A stretch of DNA of 64,000 bases from Amoebophrya sp. A120. Its lineage: Eukaryota > Protista > Dinoflagellata. Where the stretch lies: assembly GCA_905178155.1 (NCBI GenBank), contig CAJINV010000010.1, positions 3,616,587 through 3,680,586 on the forward strand. The letters run 5' to 3'. Below the pieces are notes generated by a model that saw only the letters and a list, made by a program, of their open reading frames with translations, was not told the DNA's origin and did no database searches. Below are positions 48,229 through 61,100 of the stretch, piece after piece. Each line of letters opens with the position of its first letter. The first letter of the stretch is position 1. Made by a program: the position numbers and the translations under genes.

Positions 48229-50232
48229 GATGTTGAAAATTGCTCGATAGACTGAAGATTTGTTGATGTGGTTGGTTCTTACTGGTTTTGCCGAACACGA
48301 CGACTACAGGTCGCACAAAAGTACTGACGCATGATATCCTCGTGCGAGTTCAATATAATCGTACAGCCGCCGAAGGAGCCGACGTCCGTCGGTAAAAGAT
48401 TAGTTACGATTTTACCAAATGAGCAAGCGCATTTTCGCTGCAATTGTATGTAGTGAGGTCACCGAACGGTTCTAACCAGGGAGTTTTCTTGACATATACC
48501 CTGAAAAACGACCGGCAGTTTTCAAGCGGTCGGAAGCGTTTTTTGACAAAAAAAAATTTCAATTATCAAGCGGCCCTGGCTGTGTCGGCACCGAATCGCC
48601 AGCGGATTCTATCGATCGCCGCTTGGTAAAACGACGCAGAGAAGCCAGCAAAAGGGGCGCCCTTCTGAGGCGCCCACCGCCTTAGTTTCTGGCGGTCTGG
48701 GGCGCCCAAAAAGGAGCGCGAAAAAAACGCGCCCAAAATCAGAACAGCGAAACAGCATGGCACGGCCACGGTTCCGGAGCATTTTGGGCGGCCGCGAAAG
48801 CGGCCGCGTTGTCGCCGGTTTCAGAGCCTGGGAAGGTTTGCAAAAAGCGCCGGCTAGAAAAATAAAAACGCAAAAAAGCAAAAGCGCGCCAGACGCGCCA
48901 AGCCAATCCGCATGCTATGGGCCCGATTTTTCTTCGCTTTTTGGGCGCCCCCCGTGGCACCCGGATCGGCCCTATAGCATGGGGGCTGGCTTTCGGAAAG
49001 GACTATCGGGAATTTGCCAAAATTTGCGACGTTTACCAAGCGGCCGCCATACCGTGCGGCCTAACGTTACTCGCGGCGGTATGGCGAGGCCAGAAAAAGC
49101 AAAGCCGCGGCCAAGGCGACGGCCGGCAAGAAAACGCCCACGACCTCACTACCCCCGCCCCGGCGGCTATATTTGGTAGTACTCCTGTTTGTACTATCGA
49201 CAACAAGACATGTAGTTTTTGACGCCGTACAACTGGAGTATCCCTTCGGCTTACGGTTTCAGTTTTACTCCAGTAGATATTGCATCTTCAGCATCAGGAG
49301 CTACAACTGAAATTGAACGTTTATTGCCCTGCTGTTTACTTTACTTTATACTGTAAAATCACAAGAGCAAGACGAGTCAGCAGTTTTACTAAGCTTTGCA
49401 CTCGTCGATCGGTGCTGTGTTTGGCTTGTTGAGCCGTCCTTCGATGTACTATCGAAGATATTTCATCCGGTGAACCAAGAACAGCCCAGGTTGAGGCTTC
49501 TTCGTTCGTGCGCCCCCTGGAGCTGTCTATAATATTGAAGCGCTTTCATTGTAAGGGAAAGTGTGTCCTCGGTTGTCGTGCAAATCGGATAATTTGCGCT
49601 ACGTTTAAGTACTGATTTTTCATTTCTTGGCTGCAATCGTCTGCGTCAACGAGGTACTATGATCGGTATCTGTCGTCCACTGCAATCGCATTTAGGCGCA
49701 AGAAGTGCAAAGCTATCGTGCGAAAACTTTCGGTTGCTGCCGCGCTTCGTGTTTTCGTGCGCTTCGTGTTTTCGTGCAATTTTCGAAAAATTAATTTCGG
49801 TTGCTTCCACGCCTCGTGTCTTCGTGTGATTTCCGGTTCGTCCACACTGCATCGTGTAAATTAGGTCAGATCAGGTGTTTGACACCCTAAAAGCGAACCG
49901 ATTGAATTATCCCAACCACGACCACAGGTTTGCTCTTTCGCATGTCAACTCCCGAATTCGCAGACACACAGAAATCACCCCTAAAAATTTGCGCATAGAA
50001 ATTAGGTAACTATAGTACAACCCCACCACCTAAGTAGAGAAATACAAGAGCAGGCGTCTGCCAAGAGCCCTACAATCCGTGATCATGCTGCTATGAAGTT
50101 GCGACTCAAAATCCAGTGAACATTCCCCGATGCGCTACTCCTGAGGGCGGGGCAGCTCTGCGCGAAAGCCGCGGGTTTCGGTGATACGTTCGCTATGGAT
50201 CATTTCTTGACGGCAAGAGTTGGACCACGAAG

Positions 50233-53200
50233 ATGTCGCCTGCAGTAGGAACAAGTACAGCAAGAACACCCATGCTGTCTGGAAAAATGAAGCGGGAGAA
50301 TAAACCTCTCGCCCCTGCTTTGGGGAATATTCCGGGGCGACCGCTATGGGGGGCAAGACCTCCTCCGAGGTGGAGTACAACTGCAGCGGCGGTTTCGTCG
50401 ATAATAGCAACAGAGATTCATCTTTTAACGAGCCAGAGCGTCTTTTTCCAGCCTGTTGCCGCTCTGCTTCAGCTGAAAGGGAACAGCAAGCGTGCAAGTG
50501 CAGCTTCTTCACGAATAAAACCGTTGCTGGCGAATCGGAAAGAAAGAGTGGAACAGTTGGAACTGCGGCTGGAACAGGAAGAGAAGGAGAACAAGAGCAG
50601 ACCCAGTCCAGATAGTAAAAGCCCGCGGAAGGAGAAAGGACAAGGAGTTGTACCAACTGGCAGTTCATCTTCATCCGAACAGGAACCAGGGACAACAAAG
50701 GCCGACGTAGTGGACAAAAAGTCATCAATATTAGAAAGCACAAGAACAACTACACAGCAGGATGCCCCAGAAGGATTGCCGCCAATAGCGAAACGTTCCG
50801 TAAGTCTGCTTCAGAGCAGGCGAAAGCCTCCGAGTGATTTTTCGAGAAATAAGCACGAAGAAGACCACTACCCTGTGCAGGAGCAGAAAGTAGACACCAA
50901 TAATAATGCCATGGAAAATATTAACACAAAATGCGACGAGGTGGAACCACAAGACGACGACAACGATGACGATATTTCTTTTGGTAAAGAGGACGTTTCT
51001 CTTCTTGAAAAGCGACGGGCTGCGAGACGAGCAAACGACGGTGCGTTAGCAATGGAGGAATTGTCTTTCCCGCCAACCACTTCTTTCTTCCAAATCGGTG
51101 AGGTGAAGCGGGGATCGAAGAGCCGGCTGAAGGTTCCTGCAAAGGACAAGCGTGCTGTTGCTGACCAAAATGAAGATGCGTTGAACAATGCCGATTCATC
51201 TTCCCGTACTACAGTGACTTCCGGTTCGATTTTAGAAATTTTGAACAAGAAGAAGAGAAGAATAACAGTAACCACTACACGTCTTGCGGAGAGCAGTACG
51301 CGCGAAGGTCGCATTTTAGCAGCAGCAAAAGAAGGAACCTCCAAAAAAGCAGCGCTAGCGTCGACCAACGCGCCCGTTCCCGCTCGAAACCAGCCCAACC
51401 AGAGCAACGACGTAGTCTTTTCTTTCGAAGGAGGAGGAGGACCACCGTCCGGAAATGATGTGAAAACGCCGTCGATTTTATCCGCGAGCAGTAAAAGAAC
51501 TTCGGTTGAAGATAAAAATTCCGCGACGTGGTCGTCCGGGGAGCGAAGTACTTCTATATCCGCGAATAAAGCTACTGGTCGTACTCGTAGACGTAGTACT
51601 CCGAGCACGACCTCAGAAGATGAGAATGCGCACCAGCCGGGGTCAGGAGCCAGCTCTCCTGGACGATATCAAGATGATGTTGTATCAGAAGACGGAGTAT
51701 GAAATGCAAAAATGTCTGGGTCTGGAAGATTGCGAGATTTGTCATGCCAGTCTGGCATGCCTCTACACTCTGTATTGCGTGGCCACCAAGAGGTCCTCTT
51801 GCCTGTCATGCAAAAGCGCAGTTTCTCATGCGAAATGCGCATCACAGAATCACGAAAAAACTTGTCATGCTTGGCGGCGCATTACAGAGCACTTATTGTT
51901 CACGGACTTGCATCACAAGTTTCCAGACCCAGACATTTTTACAATCCATACGGAGCCTATGCCTATCCAGAACCACCTCCCCCGAAAATTTCCTCTATCA
52001 TGTTCGCCGCCCCGCCAGTTACGGAAGAGGAGCAGCACCAACCTGCATCATCTTCATCTTCACCAGGGTATGGTATTCATGAAAGCGACAGCCCAAAAAT
52101 CAAGATAAACATCAACATCCCAACGTCAGATGGGAAGAACACCGAGGACACAAGTAATACAAATACTCTTCCGTCGGCCTCCGTGCCCCTCGAAGTAGAG
52201 GCTCCTGGAACATCAAGCAACGGCACGGACGCTTCGCTGGCGCCAGACGGGGCGTCCGATGGCAGCAGCAGCAGCGGCAGTTCCGAACTCATGGATGATG
52301 ATATCAAGTACACAACTCTCCCTCCCCCTCATTTGTCATGCAAAACCCCAAATCCAGTCGCTGCCCTGTGGCTCTGTTTGCATGACAAATTCCGGAAGCC
52401 CAAACAGTACTACATCAGGTACATAAATTTGTCATGCGTAGGCTCCACGTGTGCTGGTGTTTGTATTGCTGTTCATGCCATACAAATGAGGGGGAGGGGG
52501 ACTTGTGCACTGTTATAGATGAAGAAGATTCCTCCATCCTCGGGATCATCAAGCGCCTCACCACCGGGTATCAGAAGGAAAAATCCCCCCTCCCCATATC
52601 GAAAAGGTATGTTTCCAAAAATTTGCGTTGCGGATTTGAGGTCACAAATCACCTCTGTCTTGCACGAAGGCAAACCCAAAGAATACGCCGCCTTATGGAG
52701 GCGATTTGTAATGCTGTTTCACCTACATGGCAGGCCTCTCTTATGCCAAGCGCCTACAACAAAACACCCCTACGCAGGCTCCTGAGGCTTTGCCTGTAGT
52801 GCCTCGCTGCAAGACAGGGCTGATTTGTGTACTCAAATACAGCATCACAAATTTCGTTTTCGATATGGGGAGGGGGAATTTTTCTTCTTGATACCGGGCA
52901 AATCATCGCCATCATTGCCGCCGCGAGTTTCCTGTTACTAGTTCTCGCGCTCTGCTGCTACCTGAAGTGCTGCCGGATATGAAATGCAAATATGTCTGGG
53001 TCTGGATGAGTGCAATGTTTGTCATGCATATTTTCCATGAGTCATGATGTCTGTGATGCATGCCTAGCATCACAGATTCTGCGGGGGCCTTCTGATGCTC
53101 CTACGACCGCATGAGAAATGCCCTCTTTGCGTAGCAACAACTGGGCCTCTTTTCCTATTCATGCAATACAGATTTTATGTAGAAAATCCTGAGGCAGCAT

Positions 53201-56200
53201 CACAAGTTGCACCCTTCCAGACTCAGACATTTTTGCATTTGATACCGGAAGAAGAGCGACAACAAATCGGTCAAGCTGGTAAAAACGCCGAGCGGGAATT
53301 TTATCGTGGATGAGTCGGGGCTGGATCAGGGAGATACAGAAGGACACCGCGCATCGGGAGTTAATACAGGCAATAAACCTGCTACACGAAAATCCGGGGA
53401 TCCAGACGAGGGCACAGCACTCCCCCACGACGGGAAACACCATAAACATCCGAAAGGTAGTACCCCGCAACAGCAGCACCTAGTCGGCGGGCAACATCAA
53501 GCGGGTAGTACTCCTATGAAGGGCGCGGGAAAGCATATCCAGGGCTCTTTGCCGCCTCTAGCCCATGGAGGTTCTTCGCAGCTCTCCAACCCACAAAGCC
53601 TACTGCAGGGGATGCTTCATGGTGCCCAGGGAGCGGAAGTTGTTGCGGTCGCTGCCCCAGCAGGGTTGGCGCAACCGTCGAATGAAATTTACCATGGGCA
53701 ATCGCCCTCGCAAAACGCGTTTCTGATGGGCACGGGTGCGGCGCCGGGGCCGGTGAGCAAATTCGGCAGAGCCATGTCGAGGGAACTCAAGTACGGCTTG
53801 GACCACGCGAAGGACATACCGAAGATATCAAGAGGAAAAATCCCCCCTCCCCATATCGAACAGGAAATTTGTGATGCTGGATTTGCTTCCCCAAATCGGC
53901 CTGTGTTCCTAGAAGGCCAAGGGACGCACTTGCGGCCTTAATTGCAGGCAATTTGTCATGCTGTTTCCCACTTCCAGTTGCCTCCTGTCATGCTGAAGAT
54001 GCAAGGCCTTCTTACGCCAGCAAGCACTACAGTCTGCGTCTTTTCCCTTCTAGCATGACAACATCTTTTGTGGTCACAAATCAGCATCACAAATTTCCTG
54101 TTTGAATATGGGGAGGGGGGATTTTTCCTTTCGATAGAAGAGCCAAGAAATAAACGAGGACGATTATGCGAAAAAGATCGCGTTGAACCGCCAGTATCAA
54201 ATGTAAAAATGTCTGGGTCTGGAAGAATCCAACTTGTCATGCTGATTTTGGATTCTAAAAAAATCTGTATTGCATGAGCAGCAAAGAGAGTCCGAATTTT
54301 GCAGCACGGAAAGAGCATTTGCCATGCGGAATAGGCATCAGGAAGCCCCCTAAAAATCTGTGATGCTAGGGGATGCATCACAGACTTGAGGAGTCATGCA
54401 AAATATGCATGACAAACCCGGCAATCTTCCAGACCCAGACATTTTTACATTTGATAGCCAGAAGTACTTCGCAAATCTCACGCACGACTCACGGTTTAAT
54501 TTAGAAGAGAACCAAACAGCAGAAGAAAAAATCGCGATTTTAAACGCGTACTACGCCGAAACGGACCTCGGTTCCGGCGTCTCCGACACGAGCGCAGAAC
54601 AGTCAGAGGACGCTCTAACTGCACCAGCGAACAAGCAGGGGCATAAGAAGAAAAAAGCGATGAAAAATATCGCAGCTACAGGACCGGGAAGCAAGAGAAA
54701 GAAGATTTTCAAGGACGTGGGGGAAATTGTAACCGCTTTGGAGGTGAAGTGGCGGGATCTGGTGGATTTGGAAAAGCGGAAATTGCTCGCGTACATGATC
54801 AACGACCCGACACTTCCCGGGACTCTGGAAATCCCCGCGGAATTATATCGTAAGGAAAGATCCCCCCTCCTCATATTGAAATGGTACGTTCTCCAAAATT
54901 TGCGTTGCTGATTTGAGGTCACAAATCACATCTGTCTTGCAAGAAGAGAAGGGCAGAAACTTCCGCCCCATTATGAAGCCGGTTTGTCATGCTGTTGGGC
55001 CTACAGGGCAGCCGTTTGCCATGCTGAACAACTAGACCCATACGCCCCGACCTACCCTGGGGATCAGGCCGCAATGCCTCCCTGCAATACAAAGCTGATT
55101 TGTGTACACAAATCCAGCATCAGAAATTCTGTTTTGATATGGGGAGGGGGGATTTTTCCTCACAATAAATTATTCGACCGGCTGGTCGAAGTACCGTTCG
55201 CCTTGCCGACGCTCGGAGAGGTGCGGCATGTGGTCAAGGAGTGGAAAAGGGTATTAAGTTTATATTCCAAAATCCGCATCACAAGTTTGCTACGCATGAC
55301 ACTGAAAATCTATCTGTCATGCGGCGTTCCTAAGGGAAAACACAGCTAGAAATCCATTGTCGTGCATCTGTAGCATGACACACACTTCTGCGATCCATTT
55401 TCTGCATCACAAGTTCACAATCACAGCGAAATCATAAATCAATCTGAAACTACCCCACTACAGATCGGTGTGAAGAAGGCCGAGAAGCGGGAATCGACCG
55501 GGAGTCCGGAGACGTATTTTCATTTGAAGCAGAAAAAAACCCACTCCGACAATTCCGGTGACGGATCAGACTCCTCCGATTCCGATGTGTCCGACTCAGA
55601 TTATTCCGAAGAGGACCCGGAAAACGCAACCCCAAAATCCCACTACAAGAACCGCATAAAATCGAAGTCTTTGCAGTTTAAGTACAAAAGAGCGGTGATC
55701 GACTCCGGATTCACGCCGGTCTTCGAGTCGGATTTGCGGATTGCTTTGTCCTTCGGAATATGAACTGCAAATATGTCAGGGTCTGGAAAAGTGGAATCTG
55801 TATTGTGTGTCTTGCACTCCTGTAAAATCTGTATTGCATGACCGACAAAGGCGCGAACTTGTTGTCATGCAAAAACGCAGTTTCTCATGCGCACTGCACA
55901 TGAGGAAGCGTCCTGAAAATTTGTCATGCTTGGCTGCACTCAGGAGTATGCTCAGTCATCGCCACTTAGCATCACAAGCTTCCAGACCCAGACATATTTG
56001 CAATTCATACGGAAAAATCACGGACTTCATCGTGAAGCCGGAAAATGTGATCGACGTGTCTTTACTAAAATGCTACGGCATTGATCTAAACTCCGATCGC
56101 CTCGGCGCGGTGATTGTGTGGGCGCGGCGAAGGCGGAAGGAGCTGCGGGACGTGGAAAGAGGATTGTTAGACGCGGAGTTGGTGGATGGGTTCGATTTGG

Positions 56201-56855
56201 TGAACCAAGTGGAACAACTCTACCCAACGGAACCGGATCAGCAGGAGATGGTGTGGAAAAAGTGCGTTTTGGAAAAAACGCTCGGGCAGCAGGAAACCGC
56301 GGACATTTTGATCCACATGTCGCCGTTTTCGGAGGAGTATAGCAAGGAACTCGCGCATAAACTCTGTGTGGAGGAAAACCCGGCGAATTATGAGTTGGAA
56401 AAGCGAGTGAAAGCGCAGGTGATCCACAAATCGCAACAAGCATTATCGGCGAACAAGACGACGTTTGAATTAGATAACAAGCACGAGCACCACCACACGT
56501 TCGTCGACCCGTTAGCGCAGGACACACTAGCGCCGCCAAACGAGGAAGAGGCCGAGAAATTGCACGCTTTAGGGTTCGCACCCCGGGAAAATCTGAAGCG
56601 CATGAAGGGGTGGACTCACGCGCTGTACTTGCTATGCATTGCAAAAGTATCGTACTAGTAGAAACTGCATGACAAATTTGCTCAAGAACAAAAATGCAAT
56701 TTGTAATGCTGTTTTCCCTTAGAAAGTAGATCTGTCATGCATGACTGCAATTAGTACGAGTACGATGCTTTTGCACTTGATACTTGCAAGCGAAAATCGA
56801 CTGGATCACGCAGCAAAGGAGCAAAAAACTCGGAACGCAGCTGTCGCAGGGATAG
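50233..56855 (+). CDS. Large single-pass membrane protein of unknown function (about 1335 aa)
   Basis: Removing 9 introners and GT-AG intron 55251-55463 gives a 4008-nt open frame. The TM helix QIIAIIAAASFLLLVLALCCYLKCC lies on a small exon (52894-52977) between two introners. Stop TAG at 56853-56855. Confidence 0.75.
51698..51950. mobile_element. Introner family B
   Basis: Family B TIR; TSD cggag. Confidence 0.92.
52302..52517. mobile_element. Introner family F
   Basis: Family F TIR; TSD gatga. Confidence 0.9.
52569..52893. mobile_element. Introner family A
   Basis: Family A TIR; TSD ccggg. Confidence 0.92.
52978..53244. mobile_element. Introner family B
   Basis: Family B TIR; TSD ccgga. 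Confidence 0.92.
53826..54136. mobile_element. Introner family A
   Basis: Family A TIR; TSD gaaga; reverse-orientation sibling of 44052-44363. Confidence 0.92.
54195..54456. mobile_element. Introner family B
   Basis: Perfect TIR TATCAAATGTAAAAATGTCTGGGTCTGGAAGA; TSD gccag. Confidence 0.93.
54846..55167. mobile_element. Introner family A
   Basis: Family A TIR; TSD aatta; reverse-orientation sibling of 19626-19948. Confidence 0.92.
55759..56009. mobile_element. Introner family B
   Basis: Family B TIR; TSD cggaa. Confidence 0.92.
56633..56782. mobile_element. Introner family C
   Basis: Family C TIR; TSD cttgc. Confidence 0.92.
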
Positions 56856-58131
56856 TTTTATTTCTGAGCTGTCGTGTCAGGTTCAGTCGAAATTATTTTG
56901 ATTTCTTTTTAGTAGAGTAGATAGAGTTTATTCAGTTTTACTGAAGTTTTAGCTTCCATTTTTCAACAACCCATGTAGTAAGTACTTACACACTGTAGTT
57001 TTTGAAGAATTCTTATTCTACTGGAGAGGCAGAGGACGTCATTGGAAGCAGCTTCGCATTCATTCAATCCACGATCCGTGATTGGTTTATTGTCAAGTAC
57101 TGCTTGTTCTGAAACTCCGTCCAGGAAAAGTGTTCTTACGACTGCTACTTTGTAAAATTTCTACAGGACTTTAGGTCCTTTTTCACCTTTTTTTAGAAAG
57201 TGCTTGCTGCAGTAGATTTTTAGCAATGTGAGGATGCAAATAAAATTTTCTGTGCTAGAGGCAAGTCGATGAGGAGCATAGCTTTACCACAGTACTCAAA
57301 TAACTACAAAGGTGGGCATTTCAGCTTCAAGACGAAACTCACTCTGCATCATGGCAAGTGAGGTTTGAGAATTTAGACTCTATTTCCCCTTTCCCTTTCC
57401 GTTTCCCCTCCTCATTTTGAAAAGAAAACGCAAACCACCTGCCCAGAACGGCACGCATTTTTGCGCGAGCAGGTGGTTACACCCGCGAGCGTGGAGTTGT
57501 TTTTCACGACCTGTGTTCATCAACAAGCGCCTCCGACAAGACAAGAACGAAGCAAGGGTCCTTGTCAGTAAGAAAATTTTCCGTCATTAAGAAAATTTCA
57601 ACAATCGTTCACGGTGAGAATCTACCTACCGATGGCCACATCGCGACTATCTCGGAAATAAGAACATCAGCGGCAAGTAGGCACGCTCTCATTTGGGTCA
57701 CCTCCGTGAAAAGTAAGTACGTCACAGGACATGTTTACAGAAAGATCCAATTTTTTCATCCGTCCGATGCAACTACAAGGTCTTGTCTCTCTAGTTGTTC
57801 CGACTTAAGCAGATTTCATCTCCAAGCTACATTCAGACCGCGCATTTTCGTGGAACTTCGTTTTATTACATTTTCAGCTCAATCCTCTTTCGATGAATGT
57901 AGACCGATCGCTAGTGCCAAACACGATCCTTCAAATACTCACGATATCGCACTACAATCCATAGATTTTTTGAAACGCAACGTAAAGTTGTTGTACGTTT
58001 TTTTGAATGTTGTTGTCTACACAACTTGATTGTTGTCAGCCTACATGATTTTTTAGGAAAAATCTAACATGTCTACTGCCTGGAGGTTTTATTCCTGTTG
58101 ACACGCTACTACTGAAAGCGACTTTGCCAAC

Positions 58132-61100
58132 ATGCAGTCGGCGTCGACACGAATGCACTTCGACTCGGTTGTCGCATCACCTTGCGTGACCGAGCTGGAG
58201 CTGCTTTCCCCCTGCTCCCCAAGCTTCTCCTCCTCATCAACAGCCCCGCATAGTAAACGGAGAAAAGACCACCACTATCCATCAGCCAGACGGCCTACCT
58301 GTGGATTTGCCACCAGAATGACCTGCCTCGGCCTATTCCTGACGACCTCCACAACCACAGATCAACTGCTCTTTGTCTCCGGAAATAACTCCGCTACTTC
58401 TTCCAGCAGCAACAAAGCGACCCCCTCACCGCCAAAAGTCGGCGTCAGGCGGCAAGCCCGGTCTATCAAAGGGAAAAATGCTTCCTCCCCATATCAAAAC
58501 GAAACTTCTGATGCTGGATTTGTGTACACAAATCCGAGCTGTCTTGCTGGAGAGCACTGCAGGCCAATACTAAGGGCGGGGAGAAGGGTGTTGGCTTAGG
58601 CACTTAGCATGAAAAACGTCCGCGCTGTAGGCACAACAGCATGACAAATCGTCTGCACAATGTGGCGGTTGTCTGTGGAGTTGCCTTCTTGCACGACAGA
58701 CGCGATTTGTGACCACAAATCAGCATCACAAATTTCCGAAAGTGTACCTTTTTGGTATGGAGAGGGGGGATTTTTCCTTTCAATACGGTCTCCCCAGTCG
58801 TTTGTTGTGGAAGTCACGGCGCAAAAATTGGACGATGATGACAAATATCAAATGCAAATATGTCTAGGTCTGGAAGGATGCAAGACTTGTCATGCATGTT
58901 TTCTATGCCCCATGAGGCTTGGAATGCAGGACCTAGCATGGCAGGTTCTGCGACGTCTGTGCCACGGCTATCCTGCATGACAAACTGCTTCTATCTAAAC
59001 TTGTTCAAAAGTGTACAGCTCTTGGTAGTCATGCAACAAAAATTTTTGTACGATCGAGACGTAGCATGGCAAGTTCGCGTCCTCCCAGAACCAGACATAT
59101 TTGCAATGCATAACAAGTCGTCCTCTAGTGAGGAAACTAGTGCAGAGGCAGCTGCTCTGGCTGCGAGAAATACTAAACGGGCAGCTTGGCGGGCGAAAAG
59201 TAGGGGGAAAAAGCAAGACAGTGCAGAGACGGACGAGGATAATGACAGAGTGGTGCAACACGACGTCATCCCGGAGATGGACAAAGATTACGCGGAGAAT
59301 ATCCTGAGCAAAAACGTTCCCACCCCATAGTCAAGACGGGGACTTAGCAACACAAACCTGGAAGTTTTGGGAGTCACGCATGACAAGTTGCACCCCGTAG
59401 TGTAGTGCAGCTTAGCAAGGACAGTCGCATTACAAATCCATCTCCTCGTGCTGTTTACAGCATTACGAATTGATTCCAAAGCACGATAGAAAATGGCCCT
59501 CATGTTTGGGATGCGCATTACAAATGTTTCTGCAATTGCAAATCTGCATGACAGCTCTGGTGTGGGGACGTTTTTACTCAGGATAGAAAAGCACGGCACC
59601 GACCCAGAGTCCGCGATACGAGCGGCGACGGACAATTTAGTCGAATCTTCCGAGCTCGCATACCAGAAGCAGCAAAACAAGAAGAAGCAAGTATTACAAT
59701 GAAAAACGCCCCCACCCCTCAATTGCCAGCATTTGTACTGCAAACCTTTGCAATAGAAACATTTCCCGTCTTGCATATCTCAGCAGCACAAATTTTCCAT
59801 GCTGAATAGCTCGAATTTCAATTTGTGTTGCGAAGGGGCCCAACAGCAGCCGGATCTGTTATGCAAAAGGCACCTTGCGCACCTAGATTCTGCATCAGAA
59901 AGGCTCGCAATCCTTTCATGCAAGACAAAAAGCTTTGATTTGGAAACTTTGCATGACAAACTTTTATTCGGGGTTGGGAGCATTTTTCACTGCAATAGCA
60001 AGAGAAAAAAATGCAGTCGGAGAACGAGAGAACGAGGCTACCGGTGTTGCTAGGAACGGGGAAAAAATTATTCGAGTGCAAGATCTATGCATTGCAAAAG
60101 TATCGTACTATCTAGTAGTAAATGCAATACAAATTTCCTCAGCTGCATGAGAAACAAAATTTGTAATGCGGATCTACGTATCACAAAAAGATTTCGATTT
60201 GTAATGCATGACTGCAATTACTACGAGTGCGATACAACTTTTGCGCAGGATAAAATCCCGCCGCCAATCGGCGACGATATGGAGCGGATTTACTCCCTAG
60301 CGAAGGCGAAACTCGCGGTGTTGGAGCATGTCTGTGTGAAGCTACCGGATACAAAGGAAGACGCGGACAAAATCCACTCTGTTGACTCCGAGTACGATCT
60401 GTGTTTCGAAAGGGGGGAAGCTTTGCTTCGGCCAAGAGCAGCGCTTCTGAATCCAAACGTCGGACACACACCGCAGCACACGAAGCAGCAGCAGGAGTTA
60501 ATACCCTCGGATCAGATAGTTTTGGCCAGGGATAACAAGAAGGAGGATCATGAGAACAGTAGTAGTGCAACATCTTCTTCCAACACCCCACATGATACTA
60601 CTATTCTGTCCCTGAGAAAGCGGATGTGGCTGATAAGATCCCTAATCGAGGGGAAAGATTACGAGCAGGAGGATGTGGACAAGAAGTTGCAGAAGGTGAG
60701 AACGGAAATGGACGAAATGAGCAGGGAACAGGGGATTATTACAACTCCGGATGACGAGCAACTGGCGAATAGGAATACCGATGCCGTCACAGCACAAAAC
60801 AGTAGAAACGCGACTGATAGAAATTCTGCACCGGATTCTCCTTCGTCCGCCTCCTCCGAGAACTCCAATGTGATGGTCACGGCTAAGGAGTTCTCAAATG
60901 TTACATCATTCTCAACTGTTACACGAATTTGTGACGCAAAAACAGAAAGAGGGAAAGTGGCAAGCTTGCAAGTTCTGACCCTATGCCGTTCCAGCACCTG
61001 CGGAGGCTTGCCTCCAAAGCTACGCTGGACAATGGCAATGTCGGTGCGGTTGTTTTAGCATCACAAATTTGGCACATCAGATTCTGATGCTGTTTAGCAG

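Noticed and set aside
24703-49777. Tiny local duplications (CGCTTGTCA..GCGATA near 24708-24750, 15-bp TCCACGGAATCC repeat near 26635-26665, 17-bp CGCTTCGTGTTTTCGTG twice near 49743-49776)
   Set aside because: Two-copy slippage products with no further structure.
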